From contig NC_134026.1 of assembly GCF_964204645.1 (NCBI RefSeq), positions 11,493,950-11,557,949 of the forward strand: a stretch of 64,000 nt of DNA, in the 5' to 3' direction. Made by a program: the position numbers and the translations under genes. Below the pieces are notes generated by a model. The model saw only the letters and a list, made by a program, of their open reading frames with translations. It was not told the DNA's origin and ran no database searches. Origin of the DNA: Tubulanus polymorphus. Its lineage: Eukaryota; Animalia; Nemertea. This document shows positions 1-11,649 of the stretch, piece by piece (within the stretch, counting starts at the first letter, position 1; the number at the start of each line of letters is the position of its first letter).

Positions 1-1532
1 GGAAAAGTGAGCCATCCATCAAGGGTATTCCCGTTACCAGTATATTATTGAGTGTTGGAATACTACTGACAGGAAGCCTAACAGCAAAGGTTATCAGGTT
101 GTTTAAGTAAGTTGAAACCAATGCTTGTCATCAAATTGTGCCTTAATTTTCATCGACTTTTAAAAAATACATTTCAATATATAATTTCAAACATTCATTG
201 TCAATCCAGCTTCATGAAAATTCAGTGCCTTTCAACGCGAACAGTGTATAACCATCATTCGAAATACATCCATGCCGCTATACGACAAGTTTGGGAAAGG
301 AAACGCGAGTCTATGCTTGATAGTCTCAAATCATCTCCACTGTTGATAGGAGGAGATGGACGCTGTGACTCACCTGGCCACTCGGCAAAGTACTGCTCAT
401 ACTCGATAATGAATCTGGAGACCAATAAAATAATAACTTCTGAGTTAGTCCAAGTAAGTATGCCTTGCAGTTATTCAGGGTTTATGAATGTGGATTCGTT
501 TTTTAGGTATTTTGTTTTTTTAATGTATAATTCAGTCAAATGAAGTGACATCATCAAATGCGATGGAACTTGAAGGCTTAAAAAGATGCGCAGAAAAACT
601 GAAGAAATTCAAAATCACAGCTCTCGTAACTGATATGCATTTGTCCGTTAGAAAATGGGCACGCGACACTTGGAAAATTCCACATTACTATGATACTTGG
701 CATTGTGTCAAAGGTGCGTAAGTAACACAATTTTGTAAATGGTTTCTTAAGGCTTGTTCACAAAGATCTACGTTTTGTTTATCATTTTATCTGTCAAGCG
801 GTCAAAAGAAAACTTGAACGCCTAGGAAAGCAAAAAGACTAAGGTTATCAAAGAGTGGATACCCAATATCAAAGTCCATTTGTACTGGTGTGCCCAATCC
901 TCAGAAACAGGAGACCACGAGACAATAAAACAGAAATGGCTGACATGCATACAGCATGTTCAAAATAATCATGAGAACTGTCTCCACGCATCATATTCTA
1001 AAAAAAAGAAATGGTTAATTCCAGGTATATTTTTCTATTCTCTATTTAATAGCTACCCGGTTAGATAATTAAGTGTAAATAATTGTTTTCATTTTGATTT
1101 ATTGATCTTTCAATTTTTTAAGATCCAATGTTGCATCTGAATTTGAGAATCTTGCAACTAACACGCGGACAGTTAATCAGATAACCAATATGTCTAGCTA
1201 TGGACAAACCAGCAGTATCGAATGCTTTCATAACATCTTAAATCATTTTGCCCCTAAGATGATACATTTCTCTTACGTCGGAATGCTCAGTAGGTATGTA
1301 AATACATGTAAAAATATGAATTTACAAAATCACATCATTGTTCTACCTGGTACATTATCATTCTATCTTCATTTCAAATTCCATTAGGATCTGTATAGCA
1401 ATACTTCACTATAACGAAAATTCTGAACGAATTCAAGCTGAAACGAAGACTGGTAATCAGCGATGGCAGGTGCACTATCCAAAGTATAAAGATGGTCACG
1501 TTTTAAGAAAAATTCTGACAAAAACCACTCAT
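1..1532 (+). pseudogene. Kolobok transposase, 5' part (multi-exon, disrupted)
   Basis: Motifs GDGRCDSPGHSAKYCSYS, SSNAMELEG, VTD.H, YDTWH, YWCA.SS, QTSSIECFHN..NHFAPK and AILHYNEN are separated by short GT-AG introns. The coding sequence is cut at KTTH by the insertion. Confidence 0.85.
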
Positions 1533-2269
1533 CACGACGATACGCGATAAGGCAATAACGACTAACAATGTGAGCGCGTAGTTAAGCAAGGGCGCGCTAT
1601 TTTTAACTTTCTGATCGCGTGACTTCATGACGTCACGAGGCATAATGCTAGTGAATAGGAAAATCTACGGTTTTTAGTGGCATGTTTCTTGCGCTATTTA
1701 GCATAATCGTCCCCTGCCAGATTGCAAATAACATTCAACTGGCCTGGCTCCACCGCGCTAAATTTGCCGTTTTTTGAAATTTCCCCGACGTTGTCGCCTG
1801 TCCGGCTCGAAAGTCTAGCGATAATCGGACGACCTATGTGTAAGTATACCACCAAATACATCAGGAAATACTTAATCTGAGGATAAGAATAATTATATCT
1901 GTAAACATAGCGCTGAGCGTGAGCTTATCTAGTTTTAATTGATATATTATAAGTGGTGTTTTTGTAACCGTATCGCTGAGAAATCGTGTCGCTCCTAACC
2001 CGGAAATAAGTTTTAGTCGATTTCGATCATCATTCAAATTTGCAGTATCTTTATCTTTATAGGCCTTGCCTCATTTGAACACCGAATTTAGTGATATCCA
2101 TGAGAGATAATTCATATTGAATCGTATGTTCAATAGTAGAGAGGCCTGATTCATGTCCAAAAGCAAAGCCAAATCAAATAGTAGTCCCCTTTTAGACTTT
2201 CTGTTCGAATATCCACTTTTCTCTTTCAGGATATTTTTCGTCGTTTAAATTCCTACTGTACTCATAAAA

Positions 2270-2720
2270 TAAGATATCGTCTCGTGAGGTAGGCTCAAAA
2301 ATCAGTCATTTTTCAAATCGAAAACTTTTTCTTGGACTTTGAAATAAAAAAATTGATCAATCATGCATGTAACTTCAATAATTTCAGATTTTTCGTGGTC
2401 CTTCAGTGGCAGGCTGCCGTCGGGTGGGGCCCTTCAATATCGTCTAGTGAGGTAGGCCGAAAAATGTATTTCATACTAAAAAGTTCTCCTCGGGCTAAAA
2501 ATTCCTTGATTAAGCTGTACTTTTGTTTATAATTTCAGATTTTTCGCAGTCGCAGTGTCAGTCTATACCAAAAAGTTAAAAATTCCTTGATTAAGCTGTA
2601 GTTTTTTGTTTATAATTTCAGATTCGCAGTGTCAAGAGTCCAACCGCAAGTGTTGATATTGATATCGTTTAGACTGCAGTCTGGCCATATTTTTAATTTA
2701 GTCAGGTGAGGTAAACCAAC
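2270..2720. repeat. Subterminal short direct repeats of the Chapaev-like element
   Basis: Recurrent 'gtgaggta(g/a)' and 'aatttcagatt' motifs, plus a duplicated ~50-bp block aaaaattccttgattaagctgta...tttataatttcagat at ~2497 and ~2578. Confidence 0.6.
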
Positions 2721-3988
2721 AATTTAATTTCGTATGCTAAGTTGAAAAACCATCTCATGCTTACAAATAAGCGGTTACTTTGTTACTTGAATTGGCATGA
2801 TTTCAATTTCAGAATGGCAGAAAATTTTGACAGGAAAGTTGGTCAAGGCAAACGTAAGCTTTATTATGGGTCCAACCAGAAAAGTAAGAAAAATAAAGCT
2901 TAAGTAAAAAAAATGATCGAAGCAAGTACGTATATCAATACAATTCTTTTTATGTCCCAGTAGTTTCATTCTTCACTCCCAAAATGCCAACTATGAATCA
3001 TGCCTATGCCTCGGCTGTGCCCATTGCATTTTGCTGGCAAGTTAGTTATTCATGAATAAGGTATACATTTTCGATTTTTGATTTGTAAGTATATTTGTTA
3101 AAAATATAATCTATAGCTGCATTCAAATGAGAGTGAAAAATAAACTTTGGAATTTGTTATTTAAATTAAGTGTTTATTTTCTGATTGAATAAAAACAATA
3201 ATTATATTTTCTGACTTATTTTCTGACTTTTTAAGTTCTGATTTATTTTTCAAAAAGGAACTGATTTCTAAACATGCTCTGAATCAAAGTATCTAGGGAT
3301 CATGAAGATCTTAAATGGCAATTCTCAAATAAATGTGTTTCGTGTATAGTCTACTCCTGTTGTGCCTATTAACCCATTCCCCCCCTAAGCCAATATCAGT
3401 ATTGAAACATTAATAAGAGTCTCGTATGTATTCTTGGAAAACAGGCCTCAGGTTTACAATGTATACAATGCACATGTTCATATTTAAGAATTGTTCAGAA
3501 AAAGGAGGTGAAGTAATTATATTATGATGACTGCCAGTGAGTGAGACTGAGAATTTGAGGGTTTATGAGTGACAACAACCCACAATAACAAAAGGGTAGA
3601 ACTCTCACCACTATTCCATTGGCATTTATCTGGATTGTTGTTAACTACAAACTTAAGAACTCAAATGAACCCTAGCAAGTGTAAAGACACAATGTTCTAC
3701 GTATAATGTTATTGTGGGTCTTATATTTGAAATGGAAAGAAATTATGATAAAAATGGTTAGGTAAGTTGAATTATATTTACTAACTGGTGACTAATACTT
3801 CCTATTTATGAATATATGGATTAATGAGAAAACAACAAAACTAAATTAATTAGTACCATATGTACACTTCCATTGATCTTTTATTTCAACTGATAATGAT
3901 CGACATTGGTTTATAAATGAAGGGACTCGTATGCATGAAAATTAATTCATTGAAATTGATTGTATTTTACCATCTATTGATTCAATAG

Positions 3989-6711
3989 GAAATGCAAAAT
4001 GGGGAAATACGAGCCTATTGAGTGAAAGTGTGTCTAGCCAGTTTTCTCCTCAATCGCAAACTTCATTTGACGAAAAAGAATCAAATATTCAGCCTCCATT
4101 TACCAGTACTCCATTTACGTCCCCTGTTATGTATGTACCAAGTACCAACGTTGAAACATCTGTACCGACCTATCATTTCAAAGAGGATCGCAGCTGTCAA
4201 ACGGAGAACACTGCAACTGAAAATAAACAAGAAATTAAGATCAAACTACTTGAGTCGAAAATGAGACAGATAGAAAGTGAGAAATTGGTTTTGCAATCAG
4301 AAAATGTAAATTTAGCAGAGCAAATCAAAATTAAAGATCAGAAATTAGAAGAGTTACAAAATCAGATATTGCAATACGAACAATATGAATCTCTAATCAG
4401 AAATAAAAGCTTATTAGAAATATGCAGAGGAAATATGAATAGCATCTTCGATGCTCGTCACTTAACGAAGTCTCGCCCTGAAAAGTTTTGCAAATTGAGC
4501 ATCCCTAATGTCCCATCATCAGCGGCAAGTTCCCAAACTCTAGAAGCTCGAGCATTGACAATGAAAAATGTATTAGACACAATATCAGCTAAACCAATCA
4601 ATTCATATCAGAGCAGCATCACGCTTTCAACATTTCTATCACACAATCCCAAATTATCTAAATCTGCAATAGACCATTTTCAACAATTACATCTACTCAA
4701 ACCATTAACCGCATCGCAATCTGTTGAATTAAAACTTGCTCTGCGTCTGCCGATGAGACGACTTTTCGACTTGAAACGGGTTCTAAAAAGCTATGGAACG
4801 CCAATCTTTCCATCTGCAAACAAAATCCGACAAGAGATCTTGCAGAGGGGAAAATCTTTCACCCCCTATATCACTGTAGGCCAAACAGAATTAGAAGTTA
4901 ATTCGAGAACCCATGAAAAAAAGACAGCTCCTCATGCAACTCTGACCAATTTGAAGTTACAAATTCAAAGAACTGTACAAAATCTATCTGACCGAAAGAA
5001 AATGAGTTTTCATCCAAATTTTCACAATGAAGTTTGGGTCAAAGTGGGTATTGACAAGGGAGGGGGTAGTACAAAAATGATATACTCGGTTATAAATGGG
5101 GAAGGGAACAACAGTGCAGATGCCAGCGAAATGATTGGCTATTTTGAAGGCACTGATATTGTTGAGAATATGAGAACGGTATTCGGGATTTTCAAAGATG
5201 AAATCGATGCTAATGATATCACTATATCAACAATGATTGATAATAGAAAATTAGATTTGCCTGTTAGGATGTTCCTCATTGGGGATTATGCATATCTGTG
5301 TAACTGCATGGGTCACCAGGGGCCCTCGGCTACCTATCCCTGTTTATGGTGCCAAGTAAAACTTGAAGATCTTAGGAAAAAGAACAGAACACCACACAAT
5401 CCATCTTCCCATCCATATCAAAACCGTACTATCGCATCATATCTCGAAAATTCATCAAAATCACCACAATCATTCGGCCCAGAAACCTTGAGTATTTCAT
5501 CATCAATGCTATTCAAACCATCAGACATGCTTCATCTCGTTCCTCCAGTTCTCCATATTTCCCTAGGATTAGGCCACCGTTTCTTTGAGATGATGGAAAA
5601 CAAGTGCAAAGAACACGACCAGACAAACTTAAGGGAATCGAACCCTGAATTAAACAAAAAATGGCAAGACCAATCAGAAGTAGTTTCAAAATTAAGACTA
5701 GAAATCGAATCGAAACAATTGTCTTTTGAATCATCCAGCCAATTACTTAATCTCATGAAAATTTCCCACCGTAAAGGTTCATCGGTAATTGACTGCACGG
5801 CATCCATCTGCTTCATTCGCTCTATTGAAAATGCAAACCCAAATGAATATACATACTGCGTAGATTGCAACTTACCCTTTCATAAACAATGCGTATCGAA
5901 TCCTGATGAATTTAGGTGTATAGAATGTTTTACTGGTCGCAAACCATCAGCAGATTCTATCATAAAAAAACAAAACATCATCATCACAAAGCTAAAAAAA
6001 GACATCTCAACTTTGAAAACACAAATAGCCCCGGAACAATCTCTTCTGAATGAAATTTTCAAAGAAATTAATAGTATTCAAGGACCGACCCAAAAAAAAC
6101 TCAACAATATCCTATCTGAGATTGGTATTGATCGACAGGCCTACCATTCGAATAGTTTTGTCGGCAATCATATCCATAAAATGTTCAAAATCGATGAATC
6201 AAAAGGAATCAATAATCCGCGTAAATTATGTGAAGCACTAGAATTTGACCCAGCTACTCAGTCATTATTCCAACTTTTGTGTGAGAAATTTCACTCAATC
6301 TATACATTATATACGGCAAACCGTTTCCTTGAAAATTCTGAAGTTGAAGAACTAGGTAGGCTTTGTGATGATTTCGGTATGTGGTATCCGAACGCGTTTC
6401 CGGACACAAACATCACTCCGAAAATGCACATGCTAATTTATCATGTACCAGAATTTGTTCGTGTCTGGAGGACAATTGGCATGTTTGGCGAACAAGGACT
6501 GGAATCTAAACATGCTAGTGTCAATAAAGATGGACGAGTTTATTGCACTATAAGGGACAATATTCTACGAACCAAGTTAATCTTCATTAATCAGGGTCTA
6601 TATACTACGAAAACGCTAAGTATTGAAACTGTTCCACGCAAATGTCTGTGCGGTGGATTTTTTATAACTAAACAAAATGAACGAAAATGTCAAAAATGTA
6701 GTAAGAGCTAA
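3989..6711 (+). CDS. Chapaev/RAG1-core-like DDE transposase with inserted PHD-like finger (probably the last large exon)
   Basis: Stop-free 897-aa frame, also open back to an AG acceptor at 3987-3988. Motifs: VKVGIDKGG (D), IGDY..L....GHQG....YPCLWC (D + C2), PPVLHISLG, YH...F.GN, TPKMH....HV.EF (H2) and G.FGEQG.ES.H (E). A Cys/His cluster C-x4-C...C-x2-C...H-x2-C...C-x2-C lies between coiled coils. Confidence 0.85.
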
Positions 6712-6794
6712 ATTTTCAATCAAGTACCAAACATCTAGGCCTATACTTTGTTATGTGCATTTTCGGAGTGATAGTAATATTTTCACCGTGATGT

Positions 6795-9019
6795 CTGACA
6801 GTAGAGAAGTGGATGGGAAATGGGCAACTTTATGGTTTTTAAACCATAGAGTTATGTTCGGGTTTATTCCCTCCCGCTCGCTCTACTGTCAGTCTATTAA
6901 CTATTAATGTATTCTGTATATCTATGTCTGTCTATGTCTGTCTATCTATCTGTTTGTCTGACAGTAGAGAAGTGGATGGGAAATGGGCAACTTTATGGTT
7001 TTTAAACCATAAAGTTATGTTCGGGTTTATTCCCTCCCGCTCGCTCTACTGTCAGCCTATTAACTATTAATGTATTCTGTCTATCTATGTCTGTCTATGT
7101 CTGTCTATATATCTGTTTGTCTGACAGTAGAGAAGTGGATGGGAAATGGGCAACTTTATGGTTTTTAAAACATAGAGTTATGTTCGGGTTTATTCCCTCC
7201 CGCTCGCTCTACTGTCAGTCTATTAACTATTAATGTATTCTGTCTATCTATGTCTGTCTGTCTGTCTGTCTATCTATCTGTTTGTCTGACAGTAGAGAAG
7301 TGGATGGGAAATGGGCAACTTTATGGTTTTTAAACCATAGAGTTATGTTCGGGTTTATTCCCTCCCGCTCGCTCTACTGTCAGTCTATTAACTATTAATG
7401 TATTCTGTCTATCTATGTCTGTCTATGTCTGTCTATATATCTGTTTGTCTGACAGTAGAGAAGTGGATGGGAAATGGGCAACTTTATGGTTTTTAAAACA
7501 TAGAGTTATGTTCGGGTTTATTCCCTCCCGCTCGCTCTACTGTCAGTCTATTAACTATTAATGTATTCTGTCTATCTATGTCTGTCTGTCTGTCTGTCTA
7601 TCTATCTGTTTGTCTGACAGTAGAGAAGTGGATGGGAAATGGGCAACTTTATGGTTTTTAAACCATACAGTTATGTTCGGGTTTATTCCCTCCCGCTCGC
7701 TCTACTGTCAGTCTATTAACTATTAATGTATTCTGTCTATCTATGTCTGTCTATGTCTGTCTATCTATCTGTTTGTCTGACAGTAGAGAAGTGGATGGGA
7801 AATGGGCAACTTTATGGTTTTTAAACCATAGAGTTATGTTCGGGTTTATTCCCTCCCGCTCGCTCTACTGTCAGTCTATTAACTATTAATGTATTCTGTC
7901 TATCTATGTCTGTCTGTCTGTCTGTCTATCTATCTGTTTGTCTGACAGTAGAGAAGTGGATGGGAAATGGGCAACTTTATGGTTTTTAAACCATAGAGTT
8001 ATGTTCGGGTTTATTCCCTCCCGCTCGCTCTACTGTCAGTCTATTAACTATTAATGCATTCTGTCTATCTATGTCTGTCTATGTCTGTCTATCTATCTGT
8101 TTGTCTGACAGTAGAGAAGTGGATGGGAAATGGGCAACTTTATGGTTTTTAAACCATAGAGTTATGTTCGGGTTTATTCCCTCCCGCTCGCTCTACTGTC
8201 AGTCTATTAACTATTAATGTATTCTGTCTATCTATGTCTGTCTGTCTGTCTGTCTATCTATCTGTTTGTCTGACAGTAGAGAAGTGGATGGGAAATGGGC
8301 AACTTTATGGTTTTTAAACCATAGAGTTATGTTCGGGTTTATTCCCTCCCGCTCGCTCTACTGTCAGTCTATTAACTATTAATGCATTCTGTCTATCTAT
8401 GTCTGTCTATGTCTGTCTATCTATCTGTTTGTCTGACAGTAGAGAAGTGGATGGGAAATGGGCAACTTTATGGTTTTTAAACCATAGAGTTATGTTCGGG
8501 TTTATTCCCTCCCGCTCGCTCTACTGTCAGTCTATTAACTATTAATGTATTCTGTCTATCTATGTCTGTCTGTCTGTCTGTCTATCTATCTGTTTGTCTG
8601 ACAGTAGAGAAGTGGATGGGAAATGGGCAACTTTATGGTTTTTAAACCATAGAGTTATGTTCGGGTTTATTCCCTCCCGCACGCTCTACTGTCAGTCTAT
8701 TAACTATTAATGTATTCTGTCTATCTATGTCTGTCTGTCTGTCTATCTATCTGTTTGTCTGACAGTAGAGAAGTGGATGGGAAATGGGCAACTTTATGGT
8801 TTTTAAACCATAGAGTTATGTTCGGGTTTATTCCCTCCCGCTCGCTCTACTGTCAGTCTATTAACTATTAATGTATTCTGTCTATCTATGTCTGTCTATG
8901 TCTGTCTATATATCTGTTTGTCTGACAGTAGAGAAGTGGATGGGAAATGGGCAACTTTATGGTTTTTAAACCATAGAGTTATGTTCGGGTTTGTTCCCTC
9001 CCGCTCGCTCTACTGTCAG
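6795..9019 (+). repeat. Tandem array of 14 x 98-nt hairpin units separated by 13 TCTA/TCTG-rich spacers (period 161-165 bp)
   Basis: Units start at 6795, 6958, 7121, 7286, 7449, 7614, 7777, 7942, 8105, 8270, 8433, 8598, 8759 and 8922. Each runs CTGACAGTAGAG...CTCTACTGTCAG with a central AACTTTATGGTTT-TT-AAACCATAGAGTT palindrome. Confidence 0.97.
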
Positions 9020-9165
9020 CCGTAGCCTATAGTCCTATACGAATAAAGTAAACAATTAAGATATAATCTGCTTACCAGTTATTACTTCGTACATGGGGCA
9101 GGGAGGTTAAAAAATCAGAATTTCGTGCTTACGTCTGTTCGTAGGCCTATGAGATATTGACTTAC

Positions 9166-9532
9166 CGAGATATAACTGTGGCCACAGCCACATTATCAGC
9201 CAAATCATCTTTCCTGTTGGTGAATTCCATCCTTTTCTTAAAACATGAAATTCTGGTCCACTTATTTTCGACTGGAAAGTCTTTACGGCATAGCCAATCT
9301 GAGTTCAGTCCTGGTACAGTCTGCAATAGACCTATATTCGGATAAAAATTCATGTCACATATTCTGCCGAAACAGCTTCGGTGCATTAGGCCTTTTCATT
9401 TCAAAGTATCAGCATGAACTTTTTAGTATTGTGGAGCTGCGGTGACCTACGGCTACTACACCAGGTCCAGTCCTCCAGGACAGGAGGTCTTTCGAGTATC
9501 ATTTTACTATTGAATGTCGAATTATCTGCCAT
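9166..9532 (-). pseudogene. Possible degenerate PHD-finger exon, convergent with the transposase
   Basis: ATG at 9532. It reads WCSSRRS...MLIL*NE, then a frameshift, then KGLMHRSCFG...DWLCRKD, and ends at a gtaagt donor. The spacing is PHD-like with several Cys codons mutated. Confidence 0.4.
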
Positions 9533-10134
9533 TATACAAAGAGAATCTACCATACCTATTTATCATTTTGCGTAAAGAAATGGTTCAGGTGGTTTTGGTA
9601 AGCTACAAAGTCAACTAAAAGCCTACACACGTATCAGCAGTACTTACTGTCAGCTGGTCAGTCGACTCGAGAACCCGGAAATAGAACAGAAATATTGCAT
9701 TTCAGAGGCAAATACAGCATCTATCGTACGCATTTACACCAATTAAGCCATCGTTATCTTCCTTCATCTGTTGCCAATATCAAATATGATATCGTATGCA
9801 CATAATCCAGTGTTATCCTGTGAAATCTTTGAATTTGACGTCAAAAATTATTGAAAACATCGCCGACGGCGGCCATTTTAGGAAAATCACCACCAGGAGG
9901 ACCACTGCGTATTTTTATAATGAAATATGATTTTATCAATCTAAAAACCACAAAAACATATTTCCTGAATGAATATCTGTTAAAGATTTAGAACAATGAT
10001 TGAAAATTCATATTATGACACACAGCGCAGCGCAAAAATATAATCAGCAAGTTCACGCACGGTAACTAAGGACGCGCACGTACGCCACTGTCAAGGGTCA
10101 AGGTCAAATTCAGCTGAAAGCTTGTACACTCGTG

Positions 10135-10512
10135 TCATGGTAGGCTGAACCTAACAAAGTGTGATATTATTTACTAAAAATTACTCGGGTTCATTTAAAA
10201 AATTTTTTTTCAGATTACGTCAAGTTATGCTTTGCAGAAGTTTTTAACAACATAAAGAGACGCCCGCATGATTCCTCTAAAATAAATGTACCAGCCACAT
10301 TGATCGCGGATCGCAAAAGGGTAGTTAAGGATGAAGCGGTAATCTACCATACATCAAGATTCAAGAAGGTTACCGAAAAGGTCAAAGGAAAATCAAAATC
10401 AACTGTCCTCGCTACTCAACCTAAAAAGCGATTTCGAAAACTGACTGTCAACACCGAATCTATTGATGAAGTGATTCGCGAGGTTCTGGAAAGTGACTTG
10501 GTTGACAATTAA
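10135..10512 (+). pseudogene. Kolobok transposase, 3' part
   Basis: Removing 1533-10134 and one TSD copy restores ACT CAT G|gtaggc...ttcag|AT TAC GTC = THDYV. The last exon (10214-10512) includes 'P.TL....R..K..A...H.SRF'. Confidence 0.8.
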
Positions 10513-10680
10513 TAACCACTTGACTATTTACTGCTGTTAATATCATTGTAGTTATTTGAATTCCTTGTTACTCGGCTCAAGATGACATGATTGACAACTT
10601 TTTTAATGCAAAATATATACAAATCATTTATTCTTGTAAATTAATAAAATATTTTATACATTGCAACTAAAAATTGCGTT

Positions 10681-11649
10681 TTAGTTTTCTAATGGAGGTA
10701 GACGGAATCCTCTGAATTGCTGATCCTCTTCGAGAACATCTTCTTTTGGGAAATGTGCCCTGATGCATGACACGATACATGCAGGCAATATAACTCTATT
10801 GTTTTTGCCGCAGAATCCCCAGCACCATCGAACACACTGTCTATATGCAATGTGCCTATATTTGTCTGGTAAAGGTCCCTCAAACGCTTTACGGCCATAC
10901 TGCGAACGAAACCCATACCATGCTGTTTCCAGCACCGAAACATTCAAACACACTGACTGAAATGATGGCGTATCAGTCATGCAAGTGAAATGGTCGTCTC
11001 CTGGTCTTGCATTGATCTGGTCTAATTTATTTTTGACCCCGGGAACCTCATGGCAGCAGATACACTCTGGCTCAGTGTCCAATATCTGGCAATGACACCT
11101 AGGAAAGAGAAAATGATTTTGAATTACCACGTTCAGTCTGCAAATTGAAAGTTAAACATCCCTAGAAACTAGCTAACACAAAGATGTATGCTACGCCTCG
11201 CTCGAGTAACGTACTACAACAACTATTGTTGAGTTCGAAGACAATAACATAGGCCTATTGTGAGCAGTGAGTAATAGGCCTACCACGTTGTAATAAAAGT
11301 GTATGGTTAGTTAGACAATACTTTTTCTTAGGAATGCCGTGAATAAAATATTTGACCTTATTATGAATAGTTTTTTTTAAACAATAGTTATTCATTACCA
11401 TTCATCTTGGCGATCCACGTCTAATCTATTCAGTCTATCCGGCCTGTCATCAGGTTGGTCGCCCTCTTCCGAGTCGGATGCATCTGGCTCATATAAATAT
11501 GGATCTAGAATTGATTCTGCCACGTTTACAGTCTCCACAGATAATTCACTGCCCGACTCACTGTCTTCCCTTTCAATATAATTATTATCTGACGAAGAAT
11601 CTTCTGAACTTTCATCGCTGTTGCTTATGTTGTTAATTGTATCCGCCAT
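10681..11649 (-). CDS. KolX protein / P2X7 C-terminal ballast (nanor-like) zinc-binding domain, two exons (11399-11649, 10681-11098)
   Basis: Acidic N-terminus with PYLYEP. The splice TG|gtaatg...cctag|G gives WCHC...ECICCHE, then F..VCLN..VL, YRHIAYRQ..RWCWG..GK.NR..LPAC.V..IR..FP and a final F.GF. Confidence 0.88.

Larger units (their letters stand above)
1533..10134 (+). mobile_element. Chapaev-like (CMC/Transib-RAG1-related) DNA transposon, complete, 4-bp TSD
   Basis: Junctions are TCAT|CACGACGATAC ... GTACACTCGTG|TCAT (TSD at 1529-1532 and 10135-10138). It has short imperfect TIRs (CACGAnnnTAC). Excision restores the host Kolobok reading frame and splice donor. Confidence 0.85.

Noticed and set aside
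4018-6711. True RAG1 gene or ProtoRAG with RSS
   Set aside because: The TSD is 4 bp rather than 5. There is no CACAGTG heptamer/nonamer terminus, no RING or nonamer-binding domain and no kelch-repeat RAG2 visible. The motifs fit Chapaev-like transposases better.
6795-9019. CRISPR array
   Set aside because: The spacers are near-identical microsatellite tracts rather than unique sequences, the repeat is 98 nt long, there are no cas genes, and the context is eukaryotic.
10681-11649. Host P2RX7 receptor gene
   Set aside because: Only the ballast domain is present, with no transmembrane or ectodomain exons, and it lies inside a TTAA-flanked Kolobok element.
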